Origin: a virus
Length of the DNA: 64,000 nt
Virus record (IMG/VR): IMGVR_UViG_3300032245_000795
Location: 1-64,000 of that record
Direction: 5' to 3' (one strand)
The translations under genes were made by a program, and so were the position numbers. Positions within the stretch are counted from its first letter, which is position 1. Each line of letters starts with the position of its first letter. Below are positions 16,131 to 26,637 of the stretch, piece after piece. The notes beneath the pieces were generated by a model that saw only the letters and a list, made by a program, of their open reading frames with translations, did not search any database and was not told where the DNA came from.

Positions 16131-17743
16131 TAAACAGACTATCCTGTAATTCAATTACTCAAGAATTTTTTTTAGATTATGATTTTGATACTATATGTAT
16201 TAATGATTTTTCTATAAAAAATGATGATGGTCCAGTAACTCATATTCCTGGAGAAACTTACCTTTTCCCCACATACGCTGCATACGGACATTCTTTAGTG
16301 GATATTTATGCACAATTTAAAATTTTGCAATTAAAGTATAAAGACATAAAGCCATTTTTTTATGAGAATGGTTTTCAAGAGCACTATTTTAAAGAAAACA
16401 AAATAACTATAGATCAAATGGATTCTCTTGGATACAAAAATACTAGAATATTTAATCTTGCAATTGGAAATTATTCTTTTGAAAAGGTTGTTTTATTTTT
16501 TGATATGAATAATACAATACCAGAAGAGTTCTATATAGACAATGGAGCGACAAGAAGTTCTCACTATTTTCCATTCTGTGATTGCTATATGGGAACAGAA
16601 CCTTGCGGAGAAAGCAAGTATTTTAAATATAATTATTTAGCAATAGACATTCTTAAAAAAAGTTTTGAGGGTCTATTTAATTCTAATAAAACAGAAAAGT
16701 TTTTTATTTCAAGAGAAAGATATAATAAAAGTTATGAAAAAGAAATAGAATATTATTCTAATAGAGAGTCTTTGTCAGATGAAGAAAAGAGTAGGTTTAT
16801 ATGGGCAAAGGCTAGGTCTACTCCACAAGAGGCCGAAATTCAAAATCTATTTGAAAAAAATGGTTATACAATTATACATGCAGAAGACTACACTTTATTT
16901 GAACAAATAAAAATGTTTAGTTCTGCAAAAGAAATTGCAAGTATTTCTGGAACAGGATTATTTAATACCTTTTGGTGTGATAAAAATACAAAAGTTTTTG
17001 AAATTTTGTCATCTGTGGGATATAAATACCATTATAAAGAATTTGCAGAATATTCTGGGACTGATCATGAGTACATAGATATTCAAAATCTTTCATTAGA
17101 AAATTCTTTAAAAAAAATTGAAAAAGCAATTAATAAAAATAAAGGAGTAAGCATAATGTCAAACTTGCCAATAATAGACATGGACCTTGTACAAAAGGCT
17201 CGTGATGAAAACAGAATTCACATATTTAAAAATGTTTTTACAAACTTACCATCTTTAGATACGATCATGTCAGTAGTATCTAAGTATGTTGATCAAGACT
17301 TGACGGCATTTCCAGATAGATCATATCTTTTAAGTGATTTTGTTGAGGGAGAGTCTTCAGACATGAGATTAAAGTGTAGATTTTGGTCAAGAATGGCTTT
17401 TCAACTTTATGACCCACAAGACCTTTATATGTCAATAATTCCAGAACTAGATCCAGTAACTAGATGGGGTCTTTCTCAATATGCAGAAGAAATCTACACT
17501 GGAAACTTTTGTTTGATATCATTAATGAAAAATAGGGGAGTGGTTGGAAGCAAGCACAGAGACTACGTTGATCAATTTCAGTGGGTAGTTAAGGGTGAAA
17601 TGGTTTGGCGTACTGGAGAAAATTTAGAAAATGAATACCATGTGGTAGAAGGTGACTTTATATTTGTTCCTAAAAATCTTGCTCACGAGGTTGAAACATT
17701 AAAGGCTCCAAGAGCAGCAATTAATCTTATTTTAAGAAACTAA
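16127..17743 (+). CDS. GT61/DUF563-like glycosyltransferase fused to a JmjC/cupin domain
   Basis: YGH, FISR, EQIKMFSSA....SGTGLFN..W; C-terminal HRD...GDFIFVP...HEV. Confidence 0.75.
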   Translation: MINRLSCNSITQEFFLDYDFDTICINDFSIKNDDGPVTHIPGETYLFPTYAAYGHSLVDIYAQFKILQLKYKDIKPFFYENGFQEHYFKENKITIDQMDSLGYKNTRIFNLAIGNYSFEKVVLFFDMNNTIPEEFYIDNGATRSSHYFPFCDCYMGTEPCGESKYFKYNYLAIDILKKSFEGLFNSNKTEKFFISRERYNKSYEKEIEYYSNRESLSDEEKSRFIWAKARSTPQEAEIQNLFEKNGYTIIHAEDYTLFEQIKMFSSAKEIASISGTGLFNTFWCDKNTKVFEILSSVGYKYHYKEFAEYSGTDHEYIDIQNLSLENSLKKIEKAINKNKGVSIMSNLPIIDMDLVQKARDENRIHIFKNVFTNLPSLDTIMSVVSKYVDQDLTAFPDRSYLLSDFVEGESSDMRLKCRFWSRMAFQLYDPQDLYMSIIPELDPVTRWGLSQYAEEIYTGNFCLISLMKNRGVVGSKHRDYVDQFQWVVKGEMVWRTGENLENEYHVVEGDFIFVPKNLAHEVETLKAPRAAINLILRN

Positions 17744-17747
17744 AAAA

Positions 17748-17771
17748 CACCTATAGTTTATACCATAGGTG
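17748..17771. terminator. bidirectional terminator between convergent genes
   Basis: CACCTAT...ATAGGTG hairpin. Confidence 0.65.
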
Positions 17772-17787
17772 CCTTTAGTTGCTGTAT

Positions 17788-18351
17788 TTACTTAGGAAAT
17801 TTATTCATCCATTCCCTGGTTTTAGGCGTAATGCCTTTCCAAGAAGACCAATCATCTCCACCGCTTGTCATATAATATGCAATTTCTGCATTTTTTACGG
17901 GATTGAACAGTTCTGCATTAGAGTTAAGATCAAACTTGGTTCTACGGTCAGGACCAAGATCGTCAATCATATTGATCTGAAACATTCCATAAGATGAGTC
18001 ACCAGTCTTGTGATTACCATTAAAGGCCAGTGGTCGTCCATTAGATTCTTTTTTAGCAACTGCCCAAGCAACTACAAGGTCTCTACCCTTGAATCCTACT
18101 AAAGAAAGCAGTTCTTTTAGTTCTAAATCAGTTAGAAAAACCTTGTTTTCAAAACTCTCTAGTTTTTTTGCCTTAGAAACCAAAAAAACCTCTTTCGAGG
18201 TGGTTTCCGATGTCTGAGCCTGTTCCAGGCTAAGATTGTTCTTTGTATCAAGATCTGAAATAGCATTAGCAGAGTTAGACATAACCGTTACTAGTGCTAC
18301 GATACTGAGTGTGCTAATGATCTCTTTGTTTCTTTCGATAAATTTAATCAT
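17788..18351 (-). CDS. secreted lysozyme-like/lytic transglycosylase
   Basis: signal-peptide-like N-terminus; AKKES, GDSSYGMFQINM, WSSW; AAGGAGG RBS; TTGACC-18-TATACT promoter. Confidence 0.8.
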   Translation of the reverse strand: MIKFIERNKEIISTLSIVALVTVMSNSANAISDLDTKNNLSLEQAQTSETTSKEVFLVSKAKKLESFENKVFLTDLELKELLSLVGFKGRDLVVAWAVAKKESNGRPLAFNGNHKTGDSSYGMFQINMIDDLGPDRRTKFDLNSNAELFNPVKNAEIAYYMTSGGDDWSSWKGITPKTREWMNKFPK

Positions 18352-18453
18352 AGTTTCCTCCTTAGAAAACAATAACACCCTGGTAGGTGTCTACTGACAA
18401 GTATAGCATAATTTTAAGTCAAAGGTCAAATCTGGGTGTATAATAATTTTATT

Positions 18454-18978
18454 ATGACTACATATGATTTTTCTGCCACGGGAGTCAAATATCCCCTTGA
18501 AAACTCTCCTGTAAATGTACATGGAGACTTTAAAAAACTAGCAGAGTCGCTTGATGCAATACTGCCATCATATGGTGTATCATATTTTCAAATTAGTGTT
18601 CATAATAATAGTGGTGGATCAATAAGTGCTGGAGTTCCAGTATACGTAACATCAACTAATTACACAGCAAAGCCTACTATTGCAAAATCTTTGCCATCAA
18701 CTACAGCGCCAGTTCTTGGTTTGCTAAAGTCACCAGTTGAAAATAACTCTGATGGAGTTGTTGTAGTTGCTGGAGTAATGGAAGGGCTTGACACTAATAG
18801 TTTTCTTGCTGGTCAAACACTTTATGTTGGACCTTCGGGTGGTTTAACAAACATAAGACCATCAAACGGTTCAGCAGCAGTTGGAATATGTGCCTATAAA
18901 GATTCTGTAAACGGAATAGTAATAGTAGAGGCAAAAGGAAACGGTACCTGGGGAGCACTCAAAGACGGTTTGTCGTGA
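18454..18978 (+). CDS. virion decoration/cement-like protein
   Basis: AG.PVY, G.V...G, GQTLYV...G.LT pattern; context. Confidence 0.55.
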   Translation: MTTYDFSATGVKYPLENSPVNVHGDFKKLAESLDAILPSYGVSYFQISVHNNSGGSISAGVPVYVTSTNYTAKPTIAKSLPSTTAPVLGLLKSPVENNSDGVVVVAGVMEGLDTNSFLAGQTLYVGPSGGLTNIRPSNGSAAVGICAYKDSVNGIVIVEAKGNGTWGALKDGLS

Positions 18979-18990
18979 TATAATAAAACA

Positions 18991-19401
18991 ATGGCAACTT
19001 TAAGAGGATCTCAAACATCATACGATATAGGAAATAAACCACCTACAGTTATTTGGACTGTTGTTCGTGGAGATACATCTGGTTTTAAGGTTTATGTAAC
19101 AGATGACGCTAAGCAACCTTTGATATTAAAGGGTCCATCATCTGAATGGGATATTGCTATGAAGATTAAAAGACCAAACTCAACTCCTGGAATAATTACA
19201 GATGATGCTGTAACAATTATGGCATTGCATCCAAGAGCAGATGAGGATGATCTGGTTGGAGAATTTACAGTTTGGCTTACAGCGGAAGAATCTAATGTCT
19301 TGCAGACAGGAGACATCTTTGATATTCAGGTTAGCGACCCAACAAGAGTCTGGACAGTTGCTCAGGGTAGCATGAAAATTCTTGAAGATGTAACAGATTA
19401 A
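18991..19401 (+). CDS. BppU-N-like virion protein
   Basis: WTVVRGDT...FDIQV...G.M.ILEDVT. Confidence 0.6.
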   Translation: MATLRGSQTSYDIGNKPPTVIWTVVRGDTSGFKVYVTDDAKQPLILKGPSSEWDIAMKIKRPNSTPGIITDDAVTIMALHPRADEDDLVGEFTVWLTAEESNVLQTGDIFDIQVSDPTRVWTVAQGSMKILEDVTD

Positions 19402-19625
19402 TGGCAACAGCAGTAATACTTGATGACCTAAAAAATAAAACAGAACGAATCTTTACAATAGATTATGCAGAAGTTCAGATAGAAGACTTTACAAGAAAAA
19501 CAGTTATAACTGAAGTACTACCCTTTAGAGTTAGATTTACAGCAATCCAGATAGAGGGTTTGGGTGTTGGAAATACACCAGCAATTCCGCTTCAGGTTAT
19601 TGGTTACAGCAACTACATTCTTTAA
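19401..19625 (+). CDS. hypothetical protein
   Basis: coupled ORF. Confidence 0.65.
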   Translation: MATAVILDDLKNKTERIFTIDYAEVQIEDFTRKTVITEVLPFRVRFTAIQIEGLGVGNTPAIPLQVIGYSNYIL

Positions 19626-19658
19626 TAGTATTATTAAAATGGATGATATAATTACCAC

Positions 19659-20105
19659 ATGGCTAAAATATCAATTCCAGGAGTAAAGAGCCTATTCCAA
19701 ACAGGTGATAGACCTACTCAAGAAAATTACGAAGACCTAATTGATACCCTGTCATCCCAATCAACAGATTTGGGTTCATCAGGTAACAATGAAAATACAA
19801 TCACAGGTATTGAAAACGTAACTGTTATTGATAACTTTGATGCTACAGTTTGGCGCATGGTTAAGTATATTGTTTCAATATCAAAAACCACAGCAGGTGA
19901 CAACAAGTTCTACGCAACTGAAATCACAATTCTTGTTGATGGTACAAATGTATCAGTCAGCGAGTATGGAACAATCGACAATGATGGGAATATTGGCACC
20001 ATTAATGTCTCTCGCACTGGAAATACCGTGGCTTTAACAGTCACTCCAGATCCTGCGATCAAGCCAGTCACTGTACGTTTTGCACGTATGGGACTTAAGG
20101 CATAA
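19659..20105 (+). CDS. virion protein; domain shared with the C-terminus of 20123..22117
   Basis: KSLFQTGDRPT; SEYGTI vs TEYGIV. Confidence 0.7.
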   Translation: MAKISIPGVKSLFQTGDRPTQENYEDLIDTLSSQSTDLGSSGNNENTITGIENVTVIDNFDATVWRMVKYIVSISKTTAGDNKFYATEITILVDGTNVSVSEYGTIDNDGNIGTINVSRTGNTVALTVTPDPAIKPVTVRFARMGLKA

Positions 20106-20122
20106 ATAAAAGGAGATAAAAA

Positions 20123-22117
20123 ATGGCAACAGTAAATAAAGATTTTAAGATTAAGAGTGGACTTATCGTTGAAGGTACAACAGCGACAGTCAACAACTAT
20201 GATATTCTTACAAAGAAGCAAGCAGATCAAGACTATATCGTTAGTCTAATTGGTGGAACAGCAACATCTGCTAATACACCAGACACAGTTGTAAAGCGTG
20301 ATGCTTCAGGCAACTTTGCTGCAGGAACAATTACAGCAGATTTAACTGGTCAAGTATCAGATATTTCAAACCACGATACAGATGATCTTGCTGAAGGTTC
20401 AAGACTATATTTCACAAATCAAAGAGCACTTGATGCAACTAACGCTGCATACGATGCAGCAGGAGATGCAGCATACGAAGCAGGACTTGTAGCATCAGAT
20501 CTTTCAGATCACATGTCAGATACATCAGCACATGGTGTAACTGGTAACGTAGTTGGAACAACTGACACACAAACATTAACAAATAAGACCATTGGAGATA
20601 CACTTAACTTTACTGGCGCAGGAGCAATGACAATCAATTCTGATTCTCATATCGTTCTTACTCCAGCAGCAGGTTCTTCTGTTAAGTGGGGTTCAGATGT
20701 TCTTGCAACAGAAAATTATGTAGATGCAGCAGAGACTGCAGCAAATGGATATACAGATGCTCGTGAAATAGCAATTACAACTGCGTATGAGTCATATGCA
20801 GATGCTGCAGAAACTTCTGCTAACGGATATACAGATTCAGCAATTAGCACAGAAGTTACAAATCGTAATTCAGCAATTACAACTGCAATTGGCACAGAGG
20901 TTACAGATCGTGACTCTGCTATTGCAACTGCTAAGGCACAGGCTATTGCAGATGCTGCATCTTACACAGACGCAGAGGTTGCACAACTTGTTTCTACAGC
21001 ACCAGAACTTCTTGATACTCTTGCAGAATTGGCTACAGCAATCGCTGAAAATCCAAACTACGCAACAGACGCTGCAAATGCAGTTGCTGGTAGAGTAGCA
21101 AAGTCTGGCGACACAATGACTGGAGATTTGGTTCTTCCAGGTGCACCAACATTAAACTTACACGCAGCAACTAAGGGCTATGTAGATGGAGAAATCACAG
21201 ATGCACTATCAACAGCATCAGGATATGCTTCAGATGCACAAGATGCAGCAGAACTTTATGCAGATGGAGTAGGAACATCAGCAGTCTCAACTGCTAACTC
21301 TTACACAGATGGTGAAATAACTTCAGCGCTTTCAACAGCACAAGGTTACGCAACTGCTGCAGAAACAAATGCTAATTCATACGCAGACGGAGTAGGTACA
21401 GCAGCAAACGGTTATACAGATGGAGCAATTGGCACAGAAGTTGGAAATCGTAATGATGCAATCTCAACTGCAATTTCAACAGAAGTTACAAACCGTAACA
21501 CTGCAATTACAACAGCAATTGATGCACTTGACACAGACGCTATTGAAGAAGGTTCACGCCTTTACTTCACAGATGGTCGTGCCAAGGATTCAGCAGCAGA
21601 TCTTTTGATTGGTGCAAATCTTACAAATATTACAATCTCAGGTACAGGTGCAGGACTTACTATCACCGCAGAAAACGGCGTAGCAGATTCTGATACTGAC
21701 GATCTTGATGAAGGTACAACACACCTTTACTTTACAGCAGAAAGAGCAGTAGATGCTCTTGAAGCAGTTGTTCCAAACTTCACAGCAGTTGAGGTAAACT
21801 CAGTTGCTAAGCAAGTTGCAGCAACAGTTTCTTGCCCAGTAGCAGGAATTAATCAGGCTTATGGATTTGATCCAGAGGCTTACCGTTCAGCAGAATTTCT
21901 TGTAAAGGTTGCTTACGGATCACATACTGAAATTTCAAAGGTTCTTTTAACACTTGATTCTTCAGATAATATTGCAATCACAGAATATGGAATTGTTGGA
22001 ACTAATGGTTCAGCATCAACAATCTCAGCAGATATTTCTGGTGGTAATGTAAGACTACTAGCAACAACCGTTAACAATAACTCAACAGTTACTGTTATGG
22101 GAACACTTTTAGTTTAA
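20123..22117 (+). CDS. long fibre-like virion protein
   Basis: TDDL.EG..LYFT repeats, APELLDTLAELA, Ala/Thr heptads. Confidence 0.8.
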   Translation: MATVNKDFKIKSGLIVEGTTATVNNYDILTKKQADQDYIVSLIGGTATSANTPDTVVKRDASGNFAAGTITADLTGQVSDISNHDTDDLAEGSRLYFTNQRALDATNAAYDAAGDAAYEAGLVASDLSDHMSDTSAHGVTGNVVGTTDTQTLTNKTIGDTLNFTGAGAMTINSDSHIVLTPAAGSSVKWGSDVLATENYVDAAETAANGYTDAREIAITTAYESYADAAETSANGYTDSAISTEVTNRNSAITTAIGTEVTDRDSAIATAKAQAIADAASYTDAEVAQLVSTAPELLDTLAELATAIAENPNYATDAANAVAGRVAKSGDTMTGDLVLPGAPTLNLHAATKGYVDGEITDALSTASGYASDAQDAAELYADGVGTSAVSTANSYTDGEITSALSTAQGYATAAETNANSYADGVGTAANGYTDGAIGTEVGNRNDAISTAISTEVTNRNTAITTAIDALDTDAIEEGSRLYFTDGRAKDSAADLLIGANLTNITISGTGAGLTITAENGVADSDTDDLDEGTTHLYFTAERAVDALEAVVPNFTAVEVNSVAKQVAATVSCPVAGINQAYGFDPEAYRSAEFLVKVAYGSHTEISKVLLTLDSSDNIAITEYGIVGTNGSASTISADISGGNVRLLATTVNNNSTVTVMGTLLV

Positions 22118-22152
22118 TAAAAAATAAAAATAGTTGGAAGAGGGAGTAGTAA

Positions 22153-22602
22153 ATGACAACAGTCGATAAAGACTTCAGAGTCAAGAATGGATTAGTCGTA
22201 GCAAACGGCGGTACATTTGGAGATGCAGTAACAGTAGGAGCACCAACTCTTAATGCACATGCAGCAACTAAGGAGTATGTCGATAGTCGTTCAATGGCCG
22301 TAGGCTCTACTGCTCCTTCTTCACCAACTAATGGAACAATGTGGTTAGACACTCTAACAAACAGAGTTAATTTCTATTACGATGGAACTTGGTATACCCA
22401 AGCAACTATCGATGATACGAACAATCTACCACAGCACATTCACGATACCGCAATTGATGGAACTGGTTTCATAGTATCTCAGTTCTATGAAGGTGGATCA
22501 TTCAACAGCCCATTGGGTGCAGGTTTGGATGCAGGTGGACCAGACTCAACAGTTTGGACAGTTGTATTCGATGGCGGTAGTGTAGTAGATAACTTCAATT
22601 AA
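22153..22602 (+). CDS. short fibre-like protein
   Basis: DKDFRVKNGL N-terminus shared with 20123; HAATKEYVD. Confidence 0.75.
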   Translation: MTTVDKDFRVKNGLVVANGGTFGDAVTVGAPTLNAHAATKEYVDSRSMAVGSTAPSSPTNGTMWLDTLTNRVNFYYDGTWYTQATIDDTNNLPQHIHDTAIDGTGFIVSQFYEGGSFNSPLGAGLDAGGPDSTVWTVVFDGGSVVDNFN

Positions 22603-22660
22603 AACAGGGGTTATAATAAGATAAGTTAATGGGCAGCCCCCATAAAGGAGAAATAAAAAT

Positions 22661-25129
22661 ATGGCAACAAGAATGCAACAGCGCAGAGGTACTGCAGCAC
22701 AATGGACGGCTGCAAACCCAATTCTAGCAGCAGGTGAAATCGGTTTTGAAACTGATACAAGTAAATTTAAGATGGGTAACGGATCATCAACATGGTCTGC
22801 CCTACAATACTTTGCTAATGCAGCCGAACTAGCAGCAATAGTAGATGGCGCTCCAGGACTCCTTAATACATTGGATGAACTAGCCCAAGCAATCGGAGAC
22901 GATCCAGCCTTCTTTACAACAACAACAAATAATCTTGCAACAAAGGCTCCAATTAACAATCCTACATTTACAGGAACTGTTGGCGGAGTTACAAAGTCAA
23001 TGGTTGGTCTCGGAAATGTTGATAATACATCAGATGCCGCTAAGCCAGTATCAACGGCAGCACAGTCAGCCCTTGATTTAAAGGCTCCTTTGGCTTCAGC
23101 AGCACTTACTGGTACACCAACAGCGCCAACAGCATCAGCAACAACAAATACAACACAAATTGCAACAACAGAATTTGTGCAGACAAAAATAAATAATTTA
23201 ATTGGTGGAGCACCAGAACTATTAGATTCATTAAACGAACTTGCAGCAGCACTAGATAACGATGAAAACTTTGCATCATCAATTGGAACTGCTCTTGGAA
23301 CAAAAGCATCTGTTACACAATTATCTGATCATAATACTTCAACAGAAAATGTTCATGGTATTGCAGATACGTCTGTTCTTGTAACAGACTCAATTCTTTC
23401 AGATGCTTTAACAGATAATATTAGCACTCATAACGGTCTTACCACGAATGTTCATGGTATAGCAGACACGACAGAACTTGCAACAAAAACATACTCAGAC
23501 GATGCAGTTTCTGACCATAACACAGCAACAACAAACATACATGGAATTGCAGATACTTCACTTCTTGTTACTCAATCAGATCTTGAGAATGCAATTGATG
23601 GAGCATCAGTAGATCAATCATCACTTGCAGGAACAGGAATTGACTGGAATACAGTTGATAATAGATTTGACATTGATTCAACAATTGCAACTAAAGCGTA
23701 TGCTGATCAAGCAGAAACAGATGCAATTGCTACAGCAGGCACAGCAGCAGACTCTAAGGTATCGACTGCAATTGCAGCACTTACAAAGTCATCAGTAGGC
23801 CTTGCAAATGTAGATAACACATCAGATACAAGCAAGCCAGTATCAACTGCTACTCAGACAGCACTTGATCTAAAGGCTAATCTTAATGGACCAACATTTA
23901 CTGGTACAGTATCAGGTATTACAAAGTCAATGGTTGGTCTTGGAAGCGTGGATAATACTGCGGATTCAGCAAAGCCAGTCTCAACAGCAACACAGACAGC
24001 ACTTGATGCTAAGTTAGCACTTGCTGGCGGAACAATGACAGGAGCACTTATACTATCAGGTGCACCAACATCAGACCTGCATGCAGCAACTAAAATATAT
24101 GTTGATAACGTAACTGCTGGAATTAACTTCCACGAATCAGTTCACGCAGCCTCAGTATCAAACCTATCAACAATTTATAACAATGGAACATCTGGAGTAG
24201 GCGCAACACTTACAGCAGATACAAACCGTGCATTCTCAACACTTGATGGAGAATCAGTTGTTGTTGGACAAAGAGTACTTATTAAGAACCAGACAGACTC
24301 AAAGCAAAACGGTATTTATACATTGACAACAGTAGGTTCAGGATCTGCTCCATGGGTATTAACTCGTGCAACAGATGCAGATAATAACCCAGTTGGAGAA
24401 ATGAAGACAGGTGACTTCGTATTCGTTATTAACGGTACAGCAAACGCATCTGTTGGATATATCAATAACTCAACTGCAAATCCAATCGTAATTGGAACAG
24501 ACAACATTTCTTACACAGAGTTTAGTGCTGGTAAGACAGTGGTTGCAGGTTCTGGTTTAACAGAAGAAACTCCAGGAACACTATCTATTGCAACTGGAGC
24601 AATTACTTCAGCAATGATCGCTGACGGAGCAATCGTAGATGCAGATGTTAACGCATCAGCAGCAATTGCTCAATCTAAGATTTCAGGTCTTACATCTGAT
24701 CTTGCCGCTAAAGCACCAATTGCTAATCCAACATTTACTGGAACAGTAACTGTTGCAGCATCTGGAGTAGCGTTTACAGACGGTACACAGACAAAGGAAG
24801 GAACTCCTTCACGTACACCTATAATTCAAAAGACAGCAGCATATACACTTTCAGCACTAACAGAAAGAGATTCTCTAATTGAGGTTTCTCATACTGGTGG
24901 TTCAGCAGTTCAAATTACAATTCCAACAGATGCTACTTTGAACTTCCCAATTGGAACATCAATTGATATTCTTCAGACAAACACTGGCGGAGTTACAATT
25001 GCAGCAGCAACACCTGGAACTACAGCAGTAAACTCTACTCCAGGATCAACACTACGTACACAATGGTCATCTGCAACTCTCTTCAAGCGAGCAGCAAATA
25101 CCTGGGTTGTTTACGGAGATCTTAAGTAA
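22661..25129 (+). CDS. tail fibre with Mtd-N-like N-terminal domain
   Basis: RRGTAAQW...GEIGFETDT.KFK.G.G; VGL.NVDNTSD and HGIADT repeats; C-terminal WVVYGDL domain. Confidence 0.85.
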   Translation: MATRMQQRRGTAAQWTAANPILAAGEIGFETDTSKFKMGNGSSTWSALQYFANAAELAAIVDGAPGLLNTLDELAQAIGDDPAFFTTTTNNLATKAPINNPTFTGTVGGVTKSMVGLGNVDNTSDAAKPVSTAAQSALDLKAPLASAALTGTPTAPTASATTNTTQIATTEFVQTKINNLIGGAPELLDSLNELAAALDNDENFASSIGTALGTKASVTQLSDHNTSTENVHGIADTSVLVTDSILSDALTDNISTHNGLTTNVHGIADTTELATKTYSDDAVSDHNTATTNIHGIADTSLLVTQSDLENAIDGASVDQSSLAGTGIDWNTVDNRFDIDSTIATKAYADQAETDAIATAGTAADSKVSTAIAALTKSSVGLANVDNTSDTSKPVSTATQTALDLKANLNGPTFTGTVSGITKSMVGLGSVDNTADSAKPVSTATQTALDAKLALAGGTMTGALILSGAPTSDLHAATKIYVDNVTAGINFHESVHAASVSNLSTIYNNGTSGVGATLTADTNRAFSTLDGESVVVGQRVLIKNQTDSKQNGIYTLTTVGSGSAPWVLTRATDADNNPVGEMKTGDFVFVINGTANASVGYINNSTANPIVIGTDNISYTEFSAGKTVVAGSGLTEETPGTLSIATGAITSAMIADGAIVDADVNASAAIAQSKISGLTSDLAAKAPIANPTFTGTVTVAASGVAFTDGTQTKEGTPSRTPIIQKTAAYTLSALTERDSLIEVSHTGGSAVQITIPTDATLNFPIGTSIDILQTNTGGVTIAAATPGTTAVNSTPGSTLRTQWSSATLFKRAANTWVVYGDLK

Positions 25130-25158
25130 TATTGCAATAAGAAAAGGGGAATTAAAAA

Positions 25159-26088
25159 ATGGCAAATAAAAGAGTAGGTAAAAAGTCTCAAGCAGCAAAT
25201 GACTTCTTGGAACCAAAACCACCAATCAACGTATCTGCTACAGATGTTGGTACAAATAGAGCATTTAATAGTGCAGCAGCATCAGTTACTTTTGAATTGC
25301 CAGCAGGTTCTCCACCAGCAACATCTTACACAGTATCTGCAACATTTGTTGCAACTGGTTCAGGAGGAGACGGTTCAAGCGGAACTACTGTAACACAGTC
25401 GGGAGCATCATCTCCAATTGTAATAGGTGGACTTAAATCTGCAGCATCCTATACATTTGCGGTAACTGCTACAAATGCATCTGGAACATCGGCATCTTCT
25501 TCTTCTACTGGATCAGTTACTGTTACATCAGTACCAAATAAAGTTGGATCAGTAACTGCATCAATAACAGCAGGATCACAAAATGATACAATTACTTGGT
25601 CTGCACCAGCATCTGGTGGAAAAGCAATTAGCCTTTATAGATACATTTCATCTGACTCTAAAACTGGAACATCTGCATCTTTGTCTGCTTCAGTAGCACA
25701 AGAAGCAACAACTTCACAGACATATCAGGTACGAGCAGAAAATGCTAATGGTTTTGGAGATTATTCTAATGCATCTAATAGCGTTACGACTCCACCATTC
25801 TTCCCACCATTCTTTCCGTTCTTCCCTTACTTCCCATTCTTCCCATTCTTCCCACCATTCTTTCCGTTCTTCCCGTTCTTCCCATTCTTCCCACCATTCT
25901 TTCCGTTCTTCCCGTTCTTCCCATTCTTCCCACCATTCTTCCCATTCTTCCCATTCTTCCCATTCTTCCCACCATATTTCCCTTACTTCCCACCAGCACC
26001 AGTAACACCTCCACCATCATTCGGTGGCGGATGTAGATGTTCAGCAACATATTGCTGGCAATGCCCTTGTGGAAATTGCTGCTGTTAA
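25159..26088 (+). CDS. 2x fibronectin-III-like protein with (FFP/PFFP)n repeat and Cys-rich tail
   Basis: GLKSAASYTFAVTATN, YQVRAENANG; Pro/Phe tract; CRCSATYCWQCPCGNCCC. Confidence 0.85.
   Translation: MANKRVGKKSQAANDFLEPKPPINVSATDVGTNRAFNSAAASVTFELPAGSPPATSYTVSATFVATGSGGDGSSGTTVTQSGASSPIVIGGLKSAASYTFAVTATNASGTSASSSSTGSVTVTSVPNKVGSVTASITAGSQNDTITWSAPASGGKAISLYRYISSDSKTGTSASLSASVAQEATTSQTYQVRAENANGFGDYSNASNSVTTPPFFPPFFPFFPYFPFFPFFPPFFPFFPFFPFFPPFFPFFPFFPFFPPFFPFFPFFPFFPPYFPYFPPAPVTPPPSFGGGCRCSATYCWQCPCGNCCC
25792..25993 (+). repeat. coding tandem repeat TTCTTCCCR (Phe-Phe-Pro)
   Basis: directly visible. Confidence 0.9.
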
Positions 26089-26095
26089 TGTTGAA

Positions 26096-26120
26096 GGGTG
26101 CATGCAATCCGTGTGCACCC
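26096..26120 (+). terminator. hairpin after the FFP gene
   Basis: GGGTGCAT...GTGCACCC; no strong U tract. Confidence 0.4.
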
Positions 26121-26161
26121 ATTAACAAATCTATGATATACTAATTACAAAGGAGATCAAA

Positions 26162-26590
26162 ATGTACGCAATTTTAGTTAAAAATAATGAACAGTCTTAT
26201 GACGTGCTTTCATCATTAAGTTATACAGATCAGGAGATCATGAATAATATTGAGAATGCAATAAATAATGAATCTCCTGTGATTGGAATGGCTGCGTCTG
26301 ATCATAAATTTACAGCAACATATGGTGCAGTCTGGAACGGAACATCATTTTCAGGTGGAAAAGCAAGTAAAATGTCTGACGCTACAGAAGAAGAAGTTAA
26401 TTCTTTTGATTTATATGTATTTTTACAAAATAATGTTTTAATTGCTAGATATGGTGTAAGAACTGACTCACCAAAGTCAGAAATGTTCAAGGCAGCATTT
26501 GAAAGCGATGTTATCTTAGTAAAGGTCCCTGAAGATCAAACAGTCTATGCAGGAGAAACCCATAATTGGGATGGATCTAGATTTCTATAA
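26162..26590 (+). CDS. hypothetical protein
   Basis: AAGGAG RBS; 142 aa. Confidence 0.75.
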   Translation: MYAILVKNNEQSYDVLSSLSYTDQEIMNNIENAINNESPVIGMAASDHKFTATYGAVWNGTSFSGGKASKMSDATEEEVNSFDLYVFLQNNVLIARYGVRTDSPKSEMFKAAFESDVILVKVPEDQTVYAGETHNWDGSRFL

Positions 26591-26637
26591 TTATAAATAT
26601 CAAGTTGCAATAAAATAGCGAAAGGCTTATAAGTATA

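Noticed and set aside
22661-25129. Diversity-generating retroelement suggested by the Mtd-N-like domain
   Set aside because: No reverse transcriptase and no TR/VR pair seen in the window.
25742-26128. SSH- and GRM-repeat ORFs
   Set aside because: Frame shadows of the FFP repeat.
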